A stretch of DNA of 63,913 nucleotides, filler included, from Reticulomyxa filosa (taxonomy: Eukaryota > Protista > Foraminifera): the NCBI GenBank assembly GCA_000512085.1. It is 19 parts of 19 records of this genome, joined end to end, with 100 filler letters (N's around TTAATTAATTAA, not from the genome) between each part and the next. Parts side by side here need not be neighbours in the genome. Positions count along the whole stretch, not along the records: positions 62,861 to 63,913 come from ASPP01016673.1; 18 more parts are not named here. One strand, 5' to 3'. The notes below the pieces were generated by a model. It did not search any database. It had not been told where the DNA came from and saw nothing but the letters and a program-made list of their open reading frames with translations. Of the stretch, positions 63,421-63,913 are shown in pieces. Within the stretch, counting starts at the first letter, position 1; each line of letters opens with the position of its first letter. The translations under genes and the position numbers were made by a program.

Positions 63421-63457
63421 AAAAACACCCCCTGGCTGCGTGGCAGACAGGGGGGTG
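63421..63457 (-). terminator. Rho-independent terminator after the YHS gene
   Basis: Minus strand reads CACCCCCCTG...CAGGGGGTG followed by TTTTT, about 20 nt after the stop at 63477. Confidence 0.7.
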
Positions 63458-63476
63458 GTATGCAGCCAGGCTGCGC

Positions 63477-63913
63477 TTACAGCGCATTCGGTGCCTGGTG
63501 GGCAATGGCCGGCCAGGTTTCCAGCGCGCTGCGGATATGGCCGGGTACGTCTTCCAGCCACTTTTTCTGTACGTCCTTGTTCACGTTCAGGTACAGCTTG
63601 TTATCCACCACTTTCCACGCCAGCGGGTCGCCGTCCAGCTTTTTGCCCAGCGCCACGCCCATCGCGCAGAAGCCGCCAAACTGTGGCGCGTAGGCCGCCG
63701 GGTTGGCCTGAACTGTTTCAGGTGGGCCTGGCTGGCAAAGCGGTAACGTACGCCGTCGTAGCTGGCCTGCCAGCGGGCGTCGCCCAGCGCCGGGGCCTGG
63801 TCGCTGAAGTAGGCCACCGGGTCGTAACCGTGCAAGCCCACGCCTTGGGCGTCCACATTGACGGCAGTGGTAGAGGTTTCGTCGTATGCACGAGCCGCCG
63901 GGGCGACGGCCAG
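63477..63913 (-). CDS. Bacterial YHS-domain (seleno)protein family member, Cys form (5' partial; 1-bp frameshift ~63710)
   Basis: 'GYDPVAYF', 'YRFAS..HL..F', then 'P..YAPQFGGFCAMGV' and 'DP..WKVVDNKLYLN' in the shifted frame. Confidence 0.85.
   Translation of the reverse strand, partial: GRRPGGSCIRRNLYHCRQCGRPRRGLARLRPGGLLQRPGPGAGRRPLAGQLRRRTLPLCQPGPPETVQANPAAYAPQFGGFCAMGVALGKKLDGDPLAWKVVDNKLYLNVNKDVQKKWLEDVPGHIRSALETWPAIAHQAPNAL

Overview
This is not one locus. It is 19 unrelated contigs joined by 18 artificial 100-bp linkers (N44-TTAATTAATTAA-N44), so neighbourhood inferences hold only within a contig. Seventeen contigs are AT-rich, intron-containing eukaryotic DNA. The expanded WD40 family ('DISPLQSN..IGVIGGNGYTICSG'), the Kelch-like family and the ART-like family point to the foraminiferan Reticulomyxa filosa or a close relative; this is recognition from memory, not a search result. 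Two contigs (53175-54402 and 62861-63913) are GC-rich, intronless bacterial DNA. Eukaryotic genes include F-box, U-box, RING-H2, WD40, Kelch-like, TLDc, MMPL, PlsC acyltransferase, Hsp70-like, CNBD-channel, RRM and ART-like proteins, plus relics of an RNase H-bearing non-LTR retrotransposon. Highlights: (1) a five-exon gene fusing an N-terminal Ras-family GTPase to a PHTF-like multi-pass membrane domain of the 7TM ion-channel (insect OR/GR-related) superfamily, with an apparent GA-AG intron; (2) a ~30-aa 'YWxR..GWIND' module on its own phase-0 exon, N-terminal in a WD40 protein and C-terminal in a Kelch-like protein, suggesting a shuffled adaptor box; (3) a second, DUF3537-like 7TM channel gene; (4) a perfect 190-bp inverted repeat. 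Many single-base frameshifts at homopolymers look like sequencing errors.
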